From an uncultured bacterium (GTDB lineage Bacteria > Verrucomicrobiota > Verrucomicrobiia > Limisphaerales > UBA8199): DNA of 64,000 nucleotides. The notes below the pieces were generated by a model, which worked only from the letters and a program-made list of their open reading frames with translations, did no database searches and was not told where the DNA came from. The stretch lies in NCBI GenBank assembly GCA_963749495.1, contig CAVVMW010000022.1:352001-416000 (forward strand). Direction: 5' to 3'. Positions within the stretch are counted from its first letter, which is position 1. Each line of letters begins with the position of its first letter. Positions 27,332-37,816 of the stretch are shown here, in pieces. A program made the position numbers and the translations under genes.

Positions 27332-29732
27332 CAGCTCCAAAATCCAGGTTGATGAGCCAGGCGTTGGGGGGCGCGCTGGCGCACTTGCCCGCGGCGCCGG
27401 CAGCGTAGAGCCCGTAAACCTCCTGGGCGGTGAGCGCCCGGTTGTAGATGGAGACCTCATCCATCAGGCCGGCGAAGCGTGTGCCCGCCCCGGCACCGGC
27501 CGGCCGCAGGCCGAAATACACCGGGAAAGTTGTCTGCGGAGCAAACTGGCCCACGTCGGTGTTTGTCGAGAATTGTCCGTTGATATAGAGGGTGCCGATG
27601 CCGGCGTTGTGGTCGTAAGTGGCCGCCACGTGCTGCCAGGCCCCCGCCGAGATTGTTCCGCCGGCGGACTCGACCCCGTGCTCCGTGCCGCCGGTATCGA
27701 TCAGGTCTGCGATGAGCTGCCCCCTGCCCTGGCTGTCGGTCGCGATCCACACATAGGTGCCGCAGGTGTTGCTGCTCCATTCGACCAACGGCTGCCAGGC
27801 CAGAAAGGAGGGCTTGATCCAGGCCTCTACGGTCATGCCGGCGCCCGCCCCGACGTTCAGGCTGCTCGAGGCTGGCACCCGCACGTCGTTTTCCCAGCCG
27901 TCGAAGCTGAAGGCCCGGCCCACCTCGCCGTAGGAGTAGGCGGCTGTTCCCTCCCAGGCGCCGTTGTTTGTGCCCGCCTGGTCGTTGGCGTTGCCCTCAG
28001 CCCGCCACCAGGCAACCAGGCCGGTGGGCGGCGGGGCGCAGGGATAGGTTGCGTTGCCGCTCAGCGTGGCCTGGAGGCCGCAGATCAAGGCGTAGTTGAG
28101 GCTGTTCGTGGCAACGGTGATGGACACGGGCTGGTTGCTGACGACGGGGATGCCGCGGAAGAGCACATATTCATCACCCTCGACCCAGTTGGGCAAGGTG
28201 TTCCAAAGCGACACCGAGGTGCTGAACGGACCGCAATTAGTCAGGCTGTTGCTCAAACAGAAGATGCTGTTGTCAGTTGTCGGCCCGTGGCCGTAAAGAT
28301 AGAAATCGTAGGTGGCCGAGGGCAAGTTGGTCAGGGTGATGAGGATCTCTGGGTTGTCCGGCGGGGCATAGGAGTACGTGTAGGTGTTCATCATTGGGTC
28401 GGAGGCGCCGTTGGCCCAATCGCCAGGGGCGTTCTGGACTGTGACGCTCACCCGCGATAGGGTCCCATTGGCCCAGGACAAGTTATTCAGCGTATAATTG
28501 GTTTGGTACGGCTCGTACCAAGGGTTCCAATAATCATTTGTGCTGTGGCCGACCTGGGCGGGACCGACCTTCGTGCCCTGGACTCCTCCAAAGTCAATGT
28601 TGAGCAGGTTGCCCAGGGAGAAGATGTAGTCGATCATCAGGCCCGGTGCCGGGCGGGTGCCGACCTTGGCCAGGGACATGGGGCGGGTGCCAAGGGGGGA
28701 GAATGCCGAATGCCGAATGCCGAATGCCGAAGTCTCGGCGGGCGAGGGGCGAGGGATGGAGGCGAGCATGGTCTTGAGGTCGGGAGCAGGCTTGAACATC
28801 CCGTGGCCTTTGCCCTTGCCAGCGGGCAGGGCGGTGAGTTGGGCTTTGACCAGCGGATACGGGACGGAATCCAGCACGAAACATCGGCCGCCAAATCCAT
28901 CGGGCGTCGCTTCTCTGGTCCATGTCGTTACAGTCGGGACCGCAGGTCCCTCCTTGGTGCCCAGGAGCAGGGCGTGGCCGGCGCCCAGGATGCGCATCGG
29001 CCCGAAGAGCAGGTCCTCGCCCGCCATGCTCGCTGGGCCGTCCACGCCCAGTTGCTGGTTCATCTGGGTCAAGTCCACCGTCCCCATCGAGTGCCGGGGC
29101 TCGGGCGGGTTGATGAACTCGGTGATGACGCCAAGCATGACATCGCGCTCGTCGGTGGTTGCGGGGAGCACAGAATTGGGCGCCGGGAGTTGGCCTTTGA
29201 TGAGGATGTCCTGCTCGATCAGGGAGTCGGAGTAATTGTAAAGGACATCGAAACCGGTCCCCAGCGCATCGGGGTACAGGACGGTTGTGGGCGGCAGGAT
29301 TTGGCCCGTCGAATCGGAGAGGCTGGCAATCATAGCGCTCTGGCCGGCGTTGGTCCCGGAGATGGCCCAATAGCAGAGGCCCAAGAGGTGGCTGCTGAGG
29401 ACCACGGGCTGTTGCGAAGCGAAGGGCTGGGGCAACTGGACCTGGATGCCGCCAGCGGCGCTGAGAGCGAAGGAGACCTTGTGAGGCGCGAAGTCGGCCA
29501 CCGCGCCGCCCGCGACCGGGCGGATTTCGCGGATGACAGATGGGTCCACCGGCGGTGCCGGCGCTGCCACCACCACGGGGTTGGTCCAGACGCTGGCAGA
29601 GCCTAAGTCATTGGTCGAAGTGCCTGGCGGTCCCGGGCTGCCGTTGGGCGGGGGGCTGTCAGCAGGCACCTGGGCCGGGCTTGAAGCCGTCAGCCCCAAC
29701 AACACAATGCTGCTCAATAGGATTGTTTTCAC
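27332..29732 (-). pseudogene. N-terminal ~800 aa of a large secreted LamG-domain protein, truncated by the GGGGTC end
   Basis: Signal peptide and LamG motifs (LVAWWRAEGNA, TVEAWIKP, WQHVAATYD, GLMDEVSIYNRAL). A second 'LINLDFG' module starts and is cut at 27332. Confidence 0.85.
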
Positions 29733-30067
29733 GGGTTACTCCAAACGAATGATGGACGGGTGGACAGGGAGTGACGAGAATGGCGAATGACGAATGTCGA
29801 AGCCCTCACGGGCTCGGGAACTGCTGTCAGTTCGTCCAACATCGAGTCTCGAGCCGTGGCTCCGATTACCAACCAACCAAGGTCTAAAGAGGAAAGCGGG
29901 CGGCGGCGCGGGACCACAACCGGGTTTGCGGGGGGGGGCGGGTTGCCTGGGCCATGGCGGTGGACGGATACTGGACCTTCCGTGTGGGATCGAAGCAGGC
30001 AGATCCCAACGCCAGAGCCAGACCAATCATCTCACACCGATGCAACATACGGCCTCTCGGACGCGCA

Positions 30068-30097
30068 ATACTAGAAAAAGAGGGAATCGAAAGTCAA
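30068..30097 (-). promoter_or_regulatory. Candidate sigma70 promoter for the LamG gene
   Basis: TTGACT-N18-TAGTAT on the minus strand. Confidence 0.4.
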
Positions 30098-30487
30098 GAA
30101 GATTTTTCGCAACACACCTTAGTGATTAACAGTAGTGATGTTGATTGGCGTGCCCAATGAAGGCGATTGCGCAATCATCTTCGGCGGTGACAGAACGGTA
30201 CCCCGGGCAAGGCCCGCCGGAGCGTAGCGCGGGCGGGTCGCCGCCCTGGGTGCGCCGCACATTCTCTTTCTTGTTGCAAGCCCATCCCGATTCCGAATCG
30301 GGACTTCATCAAGCTCCCGGAGGATGAATCGCGCTTTCAGCGCTCCGGATGATTATTGGCGGCTGTTCCCAGGGCGTTGCCCTGGGCTGGTATGAACGAC
30401 GCCTTTGGCGTCCAGAACACGCGCGGCCGGTTCCATCAGGCAACCGAAGAACTCCGTCGTGCGCCCCCCGCGGCAGGGCGCATCGAC

Positions 30488-30632
30488 AGTACCACCACCG
30501 CAAAGGAACGCCGCCTTGAGGCGGCAGAGGCGTGGGGACGCGAGGGGTATTGGAACTATCGGGGTTGCAGCGAGTTCCGGCGCTGCTGCCGCCTGAAGGC
30601 GGCGTTCCGCCGCGGCGTCGGGTGGTGGTACT
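30488..30632. repeat. REP doublet GGAACGCCGCCTT.AGGCGGCAG
   Basis: Long inverted repeat seen directly. Confidence 0.8.
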
Positions 30633-30722
30633 GTCGAGATGCGCCCACCCGGCAGCGCGTCGTCACTCGTCACTCGACACTCGACACTCGTCCCTCGTTG
30701 TGTCCATGCTGTCGAAAACATC

Positions 30723-32636
30723 ATGAAAACGTCACTCGCCACTTTGGCTTTGGTTTCGCTGGCCCTGGCACTTCCTGCTGGGGCGGCTACATTCGGGATC
30801 GAGACGCTGGATCTGTCGCAGGTCGAGCAGGGGTGGGGCAGCCCCCATCGGGATCAATCGGTCGATGGCCACGGGCTGTCCATCGGGGGAAAGCGATACG
30901 CCCACGGGCTGGGCACGCACGCCGTCAGCGAGTTCCGCATCGCGCTGGGCGGCAAGGCGGAGCGGTTCACGGCCAGCGTGGGCGTTGATGACGAGGTCGA
31001 GCAGGCGGGCAGCGTCACCTTCAAGGTCATTGGAGATGGCAAGACGCTTTGGGAGAGCGCCGTGTTGCGCGGAGGCGACGCCGCCAAAGAAGTCTCCGTG
31101 GACCTTACCGGCGTCCGGACGCTCCTCCTGGCGGTCGGCGACGGCGGAGATGACGTGAACTCCGACCATGCGGATTGGGCGGAGGCGAAGCTCGTGATGA
31201 GCGAAGGCAAACCCGAGGCCCTGGTGCCGCCGCGTGAGGCGGCCATTGTCCTGACGCCCAAGGCCCCGGCCATGCCCCGCATCAACGGCGCCCGGGTCTT
31301 CGGCGCCCGCCCCGGCGCCCCGTTCCTCTTTGCCATCGCTGCCACCGGCGACCGCCCGATGACTTTCTCCGCCGAGGGCCTCCCCCCAGGGCTGCAACTG
31401 GATGGCGCCACCGGCTTCATCACCGGCGTGCTCGCCCAGAAGGGCAGCTCGCTCGTGACCCTTCTGGCCAGAAACGCCCTCGGCAGCGCCACGCGTCCGC
31501 TGAAGATCGTCTGCGGTGACACCATCGCGCTCACCCCGCCTCTGGGCTGGAACAGTTGGAACTGCTTCGCCTGCGACGTGACCGATGCGAACGTCCGGGC
31601 CGCCGCCGACTCGATGGTGGCCAGCGGCCTCATCAACCATGGCTGGACCTATATCAACATCGATGACTGCTGGGAGGGCGGGCGCGATGCCGAGGGCAAC
31701 GTCGTTTCCAACTCGAAGTTCCCCAACATGAACGCCCTTACCGAATACGTTCACGGCAAAGGCCTGAAGATCGGCCTCTACTCATCCCCCGGCCCGAAGA
31801 CCTGCGCCGACCACGAGGGCAGCTACAAGCACGAGGAACAGGATGGCCGGCGCTACGCCGACTGGGGATTCGATTATCTGAAGTATGACTGGTGCAGCTA
31901 CGACCGCATTGCCCCGCGCCCCGACCACGCCGCCCTGCTCAAGCCCTACCAGGTCATGCGCGCCGCCCTCGACAAGGCCCCGCGCGACATCGTCTTCAGC
32001 CTCTGCCAATATGGCATGGGCAACGTTTGGGAATGGGGCGCCCAGGCCGGCGGCAACTGCTGGCGCACCACCGGAGACATCGGGGACACCTGGCGCAGCA
32101 TGTCCGACATCGGCTTCGGCCAGGCCGGCCACGAAAAGTTCGCCTGCCCGGGCCATTGGAACGACCCGGACATGCTCGTCGTTGGCTACGTCGGCTGGAG
32201 CGCCCGGGTGCGCCCCACGCGCCTCACGCCCAACGAGCAGTACACCCACATCAGCCTCTGGTGCCTGCTCTGCTCGCCGCTGCTCATCGGCTGCGACCTG
32301 ACCAGGCTTGACGACTTCACCCTTAACCTCCTGACCAACGACGAAGTGCTCGATGTGAACCAGGACCCCCTGGGACGCCAGGCCGCCCGAGTCGCCAGGA
32401 GCGGCCAGTTCGAGGTCTGGGCCAAAGACATGGAGGACGGCTCCAAGGCGGTCGGGTTATTCAACCGCGGCGACACCGAGGCCCAGGTGACCGCCCAATG
32501 GTCGGACCTGGGCTTGAGCGGCGCTCACAAGGTCCGCGACCTCTGGCGCCAGCAGGACCTCGGCAGTTTTGACGGGAGCTTCCAGGGCAAGGTCCCCCGC
32601 CACGGAGTCGTGCTCGTCAAAGTCAGCGGACAATAG
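30723..32636 (+). CDS. Alpha-galactosidase GH27 with NPCBM and Ig-like domains
   Basis: Signal peptide; GLGTHA and DHADWAEA (NPCBM); TPPLGWNSWN, IDDCW, DYLKYDWC, WRTTGDI and WNDPDML. Confidence 0.93.
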   Translation: MKTSLATLALVSLALALPAGAATFGIETLDLSQVEQGWGSPHRDQSVDGHGLSIGGKRYAHGLGTHAVSEFRIALGGKAERFTASVGVDDEVEQAGSVTFKVIGDGKTLWESAVLRGGDAAKEVSVDLTGVRTLLLAVGDGGDDVNSDHADWAEAKLVMSEGKPEALVPPREAAIVLTPKAPAMPRINGARVFGARPGAPFLFAIAATGDRPMTFSAEGLPPGLQLDGATGFITGVLAQKGSSLVTLLARNALGSATRPLKIVCGDTIALTPPLGWNSWNCFACDVTDANVRAAADSMVASGLINHGWTYINIDDCWEGGRDAEGNVVSNSKFPNMNALTEYVHGKGLKIGLYSSPGPKTCADHEGSYKHEEQDGRRYADWGFDYLKYDWCSYDRIAPRPDHAALLKPYQVMRAALDKAPRDIVFSLCQYGMGNVWEWGAQAGGNCWRTTGDIGDTWRSMSDIGFGQAGHEKFACPGHWNDPDMLVVGYVGWSARVRPTRLTPNEQYTHISLWCLLCSPLLIGCDLTRLDDFTLNLLTNDEVLDVNQDPLGRQAARVARSGQFEVWAKDMEDGSKAVGLFNRGDTEAQVTAQWSDLGLSGAHKVRDLWRQQDLGSFDGSFQGKVPRHGVVLVKVSGQ

Positions 32637-32651
32637 GCACGTGGTGGCGGA

Positions 32652-32797
32652 CCCCTCACCCCGGCCCTCTCCCCTTCCGAAGGGGAGAGGGGGAATTCTC
32701 GGCAGCGGCTTGACGAAGCGGGAACGCCTGGAAGTTCCAGGGACTGCCGGCGCTTCTCCCTCTCCCCTTCATAAGGGGAGAGGGCCGGGGTGAGGGG
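32652..32797. repeat. REP doublet, CCCTCACCCCGGCCCTCTCCC family
   Basis: Inverted pair of hairpins. Confidence 0.88.
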
Positions 32798-32926
32798 TCG
32801 CGCTGGTGCTGCCTGTCGGCCTTGACTGGCCGCTTACACTGTCCGAGAAATCCTGCTCGACCTGGCGGGGCAGGGGAGCGATACTGGAAAGGTCAATCAT
32901 TGATAGGATGTGACCGCACCAGGAAC

Positions 32927-33919
32927 ATGAAATCGGATGACTTCTTAATCGGCGGCTGTTGCTCCGCAGGGCGCGCCACCACAATGGCAATCCTGGTTGC
33001 GATAGCGGTGGTTGCGGCCCGGACCGGCCGGCTCGTGGCGGGCACGCTGGATGTCCCGAACAATTCTTTCGAATCTCCCGTGGTTCCCCCGGTGTCGCCC
33101 TACGCCGCCCCGGATGTGGATTCTTGGCAGAAATCCGCCCAGCCGGCCTGGTATGATCCGGCCCAGAACTCGGACACCCCCTGGATTGATCTCATGGGCG
33201 AGTTCTACAATGTCCCGTTCCCCGCTCAGTTCATTGACAACTGCGACGGCAACCAGGCCGCTTTCTTGTTTGCCCTGCCTGAGGCCGCGTTGTTCCAGGA
33301 CTACGATACCGTCTCTGGAACGAACACCACTCCCAGTCACGCCTTCAACGCCACGTTCGAGGCCGGCAGCTCCTACGATCTGACCGTGGGGGTGATTGGC
33401 GGCGGCGGCGGCATGCAGCCTGGCGTCACGCTCCAAATTAGCCTCTATTATCGTGATGCCTCGGGCCTTCAGGTGACTGTGGCGTCCACCAGTATTACAA
33501 ACAGCGTCGAGCTTTTCCATACGAACACTCATTTCGTGGACTTTGGAGCGCATTTGCGGACGGTCCAGGAGACTGACCCATGGGCGGGACAGCACATCGG
33601 CATCCAGTTGCTGTCCACTACCGGCTTTGACCTCGCCGGGGGCTACTGGGACCTGGACAACGTGCGCCTGACTGAAACGCCGGCGCCGCTCCTGCGCAGT
33701 CCGTCCGTGCGCAATTCGTCAGCCCCGAGCGGCCAATTCTCCTTCACTGTGCTCAGCCAGCCCGGGCTCGGGTTTGAAGTCCAGGCAACCACAAACCTGG
33801 ACGGAGTCTCCAGCAACTGGATCAGCATCGGGACCTTCACCAACCTCACCGGCGTCATGTCTTTCACCGATACGGCCACCAACTTCAACCAACGCTATTA
33901 CCGCGCGCGCCAGTTGTGA
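32927..33919 (+). CDS. Secreted hypothetical protein (jelly-roll-like domain plus C-terminal 'YYRA' module)
   Basis: Hydrophobic leader, VPNNSFESP...DLDNVRL, and C-terminal VQATTNL..W...FTD...RYYRARQL. Confidence 0.8.
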   Translation: MKSDDFLIGGCCSAGRATTMAILVAIAVVAARTGRLVAGTLDVPNNSFESPVVPPVSPYAAPDVDSWQKSAQPAWYDPAQNSDTPWIDLMGEFYNVPFPAQFIDNCDGNQAAFLFALPEAALFQDYDTVSGTNTTPSHAFNATFEAGSSYDLTVGVIGGGGGMQPGVTLQISLYYRDASGLQVTVASTSITNSVELFHTNTHFVDFGAHLRTVQETDPWAGQHIGIQLLSTTGFDLAGGYWDLDNVRLTETPAPLLRSPSVRNSSAPSGQFSFTVLSQPGLGFEVQATTNLDGVSSNWISIGTFTNLTGVMSFTDTATNFNQRYYRARQL

Positions 33920-33937
33920 TGCGCTTTTCGCCGGTGG

Positions 33938-34729
33938 ATGCAAATAACCCGCTTGAAGACACGCCGCCGGGCTTTCACGCTGCTTGAATTGCTGGCCGTG
34001 ATCGCGATCACGGCATCGCTTGCCGCGATGCTGTTGCCGGCCCTTGCCTCGGCTCGGCTAAGGCCCGGAGAGCGGCCTGCCTGTCGAACCTGCGGCAGGT
34101 CGGCGTCGCGATCGCGCTCTACCTCGAGCGATAACAACGGGAACATCCCCTTCGGCCCCAAAGCCGGGGCTTTCACCACTCCGATGGATCTCTATCCTTC
34201 GACCGGCGCGCCGACGAGCCTGATCTCCCGTGGCAACGGCGCTCCGGTCGGGCTGGGACTCCTGTTGAACCAGCAACTGAGCGGCCAGTCCCAAGTGCTC
34301 TTCTGCCCGGGAAGCGATCAGCCGGCCGACGACGCCGCCCAACTCGCCAACGTGGGCGTCCGGCAGGCGCAATCCAGCTATTACTACCGCCACGCAGGAA
34401 ACACCCGGATATTCGATCTCCCCGGCCAGGATTTCCCTCCAGGCCCGATCAAACTCGATGCCCTGGGCAACAACCGCAACGGTTTGCCCATTCGCGCGCT
34501 GGCCCTCGATACACAGTTCCTTTGCCCAGCCGCCATGGCGACCTTCGGCATCCTGCCCAGCACGCACCACCTGCAAAGGTCCGCCAACATCCTCTTCGCC
34601 GACGGCCACTCGCTCTCACGACCCAATGCCGAGGCACGATTCACGGTCGACCTCTCCGGCAGCGCCAATCTCTACAATTCATTCGACATGATTCTCAAGG
34701 TTCTGGAAGCGGCCAATATCGCGCAATGA
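33938..34729 (+). CDS. Prepilin-type N-methylation / H-X9-DG domain protein (compensating indels at about 34055 and 34127)
   Basis: AFTLLELLAVIAI..LAAMLLPAL and ANILFADGH. The conserved ACLSNLRQVG segment lies in another frame. Confidence 0.88.
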   Translation: MQITRLKTRRRAFTLLELLAVIAITASLAAMLLPALASARLRPGERPACRTCGRSASRSRSTSSDNNGNIPFGPKAGAFTTPMDLYPSTGAPTSLISRGNGAPVGLGLLLNQQLSGQSQVLFCPGSDQPADDAAQLANVGVRQAQSSYYYRHAGNTRIFDLPGQDFPPGPIKLDALGNNRNGLPIRALALDTQFLCPAAMATFGILPSTHHLQRSANILFADGHSLSRPNAEARFTVDLSGSANLYNSFDMILKVLEAANIAQ

Positions 34730-34732
34730 TGA

Positions 34733-34995
34733 GTCCACAGTCCACAGTCCACAGTCCACAGTCCACCAGTTTCATCCCGGAGGGATGGAAGATGGTAGCC
34801 GGGGGTCGAAGCGTAGCGAGACCCCAGGTTCGGCGCAGGGGTGCTCCTGCATCCCGGAGGGATGCCAGAAACGGGCGCACCGTGCGCCGCGCGGTCTTCT
34901 GGCACCCCGTTCCGGGGTGCAGGAGCCTTCAGACCGTCAACCGGGGGTCGCGACAGCGTCGCGACCCCCGGCTACCCTCTAGCAACCCTCCGGGT
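34733..34995. repeat. Heptamer (GTCCACA)x4 followed by a REP cluster (ATCCCGGAGGGAT; GGTAGCCGGGGGTCG)
   Basis: Seen directly. Confidence 0.8.
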
Positions 34996-35135
34996 TGCAG
35001 CACATGCGCGCAGCCTTGGGTTGCGCCTCCAACGCCTGTGCCTGTGGTGGTGCAGGCCAGATGTGCCCTGCACCCCCCCCGGGCTCCACGGCGTGTCTTG
35101 ACCCCCGCAGGCTTTGCGCCTAGAAGAAGGACGGC

Positions 35136-36110
35136 ATGCGAATCTTGTTCACTGCGGCCGCACTTGTCCTCTCGTTGGAGGCCTCCTGGGCTCAATTCAA
35201 AGTCGCCTTGCTGCTGGATAGAGGGGGCAAGGATGACAAGTCGTTCAACACCTCCGCTTACGAGGGCGCCACACGCGCCCGGGACAAGCTGGGCATTGTT
35301 CTCAAATACGTCGAGGCGCCCGACAACAATGCCTATGAATCGCTGCTGCGCGGTTTCGGGCAGCGCGGCTATGATCTCATCATCTGCATCGGCTTCGCCC
35401 AGAAGGAGGCCCTGGCTAAAGCAGCCCCCGGGTTTCCCCGCACACGCTTTGCCATTGTGGACGCCCAGGTGGATGCGCCAAACGTTCGCTCCCTGCTTCT
35501 TCGAGGAGCACGAAGGCGCTTACCTGGTCGGCGCTATCGCCGCGATGACGAGCAAGACGGGCAAGATCGGATTTATCGGCGGCCTGGATATCCCGCTGAT
35601 CCGGCGATTCGAGCTGGGTACGAGGCCGGCGCCAAGAGCGTCAACCCACGGGTAACGGTCCTGGCCAACTATGTGGGCATGACCGGCGCGGCCTGGAACA
35701 ACCCGCCCAAGGGCAAGGAACTGGCGGTGTCGCAATACGATGCCGGCGCCGATGTGATCTTTGCCGCCGCCGGGGCCTCCGGCCTGGGCGTATTCGATGC
35801 CGCCGAGGACAAACGCAAGTTCGTCATTGGTGTCGACGCCAACCAGGACGGGGTCAAACCGGGCCTGGTCCTCACGAGCATGCTCAAGCGCATCGATGAG
35901 GCGGTCTATGTTACGATTGCCGAGGCCAAGGCCGGCACGTTCACGGGCGGCGTCAAACGCTTCGGCCTGGCCAACAAAGGCATCGATTACTCCCGCGACC
36001 GATACAATGCCGATATTCTGACCGAGCCCGTGCGCAAACGGGCCGATCAGATCAAAGCCGGCATCATCGCCGGGAAGATCGTCGTGCCGGATTACTACAC
36101 GAAGAAATGA
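35136..36110 (+). CDS. BMP-family ABC substrate-binding protein (compensating indels at about 35497 and 35617)
   Basis: DDKSFN, ADVIFAAAG.SGLG, VIGVDANQD and TSMLKRID. FEEHEGAYLVG..KIGFIGG lies in another frame. Confidence 0.9.
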   Translation: MRILFTAAALVLSLEASWAQFKVALLLDRGGKDDKSFNTSAYEGATRARDKLGIVLKYVEAPDNNAYESLLRGFGQRGYDLIICIGFAQKEALAKAAPGFPRTRFAIVDAQVDAPNVRSLLLRGARRRLPGRRYRRDDEQDGQDRIYRRPGYPADPAIRAGYEAGAKSVNPRVTVLANYVGMTGAAWNNPPKGKELAVSQYDAGADVIFAAAGASGLGVFDAAEDKRKFVIGVDANQDGVKPGLVLTSMLKRIDEAVYVTIAEAKAGTFTGGVKRFGLANKGIDYSRDRYNADILTEPVRKRADQIKAGIIAGKIVVPDYYTKK

Positions 36111-36167
36111 AGCTTGGCCCGCAACTGGTGGCGGCCCTTTGGCATGAGCCGTGCCCAAGTCCGAAGG

Positions 36168-36250
36168 TTTTGGACTGCGCCAGTCCTCTGGCGCTTTCCT
36201 GTCCCCTGGGTCCAAAAAGCGGCAGAGGGCTGCCGCAGTCCAAAACGCTT
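36168..36250. repeat. REP doublet TTTTGGACTGCG..GCAGTCCAAAA (also 60549-60630)
   Basis: Two near-identical copies in the window. Confidence 0.85.
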
Positions 36251-36273
36251 CGCGGCCTCGTCCGAGCGTCTCT

Positions 36274-37814
36274 ATGAATTGTGCCCGGGACAGGTCTGAC
36301 CTTCCGGCGATCGAGTTGCGCGCCGTGAGCAAACGGTTTGGCGCTGTGCTCGCCAATGACGGGGTAAACCTCCGCGTCCGGGCCGGCGAGATTCACGGCA
36401 TTATTGGCGAAAATGGCGCCGGCAAGTCCACCGCCATGAACGTCCTCTACGGCCTCTGCCGGCCGGACGCGGGCGAGATTTGGGTCGAGGGGCGGCGTTG
36501 TGCCTGGGCCTCGCCTTCCGATGCCATGGCCCGAGGGATCGGGATGGTCCACCAGCACTTCATGCTGGCCGGTCCCTGCTCCGCTCTGGACAACATCCTG
36601 CTGGGCGCCGAGCCTGGCGGTAGCGCGTGGCTCGACCGCCGCGGCGCCCGCGCCCGCCTCGACACACTCGCCCGCCAATACGGCCTGCCCGTGCCCTGGG
36701 ATTGCCCCGTCGAAGACCTGCCCGTCGGCGTCCAGCAACGCGTCGAGATCCTCAAGCTGCTCTTTGGCTCGGCGCGCATCCTCATCCTGGACGAACCGAC
36801 CGCCGTGTTGACACCGCAGGAAACCCAGGCCCTGTTCTCCAACCTCCGCAGATTCCGCCAGGAGGGAAAGACCATCCTGCTGGTGACCCACAAGCTCCAG
36901 GATGTGATGTCGCTCACTGACCGGGTCACGGTCTTTCGCGCCGGCAAGACCGTCGCCGAACTGCCGACTGCGCAGACCAACCCGCAGGCCCTGGCTGACC
37001 TGATGGTCGGGCGCAAGGTCGTGCTCGGGCTGGAAGCCCCGCCCGCGCAGCCGCGCCCGGAGGCCGCCCTCGAGGCGGCCGGCCTTGCCCTGGCCGGCCC
37101 GGGTCAAGCCGCCCGAGGCTTGCTGGCATCAATCTCACCGTCCGCCGTGGCGAGATTGTGGGCATCGCCGGTGTGGATGGCAACGGGCAAGCCGAACTGG
37201 TGCAGGCGCTGCTGCACCCGCGCGACCCCCATTGCCGGACCGCCGGCACCGTCAAGGTCCTGGGGACCGACGCGACCCATTTCGAAGCCCGGCGCATCCG
37301 GGACCTTGGCGTGGCGGTCATCCCCGCCGACCGCCAGCGGGAGGGCCTGCTGCTGCAACGGCCCGTGCGTGAGAACTTCCTTTTGGGGCTGCACCGCCAG
37401 CGCCCTTTCAACCGCGGCGGGCTCCTCTTTCCCAAGGCCATCGAGGCTGCCGCCCGCCGCGCGATGGCCGATTACGATGTCCGGCCAAACGACTTGGCAT
37501 TGCCCGCCGGACAACTCTCCGGCGGCAACCAACAGAAGCTGGTCATCGCCCGTGAGTTCGAGCGCGCTCCCCGCCTGCTCATCGCCGCCCAGCCCAGCCG
37601 GGGCGTGGACGTCGTCGCCGTCCAGTTCATCCACCAACGTCTGGTCCGCGCCAGGGACGAGGGCGCCGGCGTCCTGCTCATCTCCTCCGAACTCGACGAG
37701 ATTATGGCTCTCTCGGATAGCATTCTGGTGATGTTCGAGGGCCGGATTGTGGCGCAGTTCCAGCGCGGCAGGGCATCGGAGCAGGAGTTGGGATTAAAGA
37801 TGGGAGGAGCCTGA
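36274..37814 (+). CDS. Sugar/nucleoside ABC transporter ATP-binding protein (frameshift at about 37120)
   Basis: GENGAGKST and ILDEPT; the second NBD (GIAGVDGNGQ, LSGGNQQK) lies in the next frame. Confidence 0.9.
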
Positions 37815-37816
37815 AA

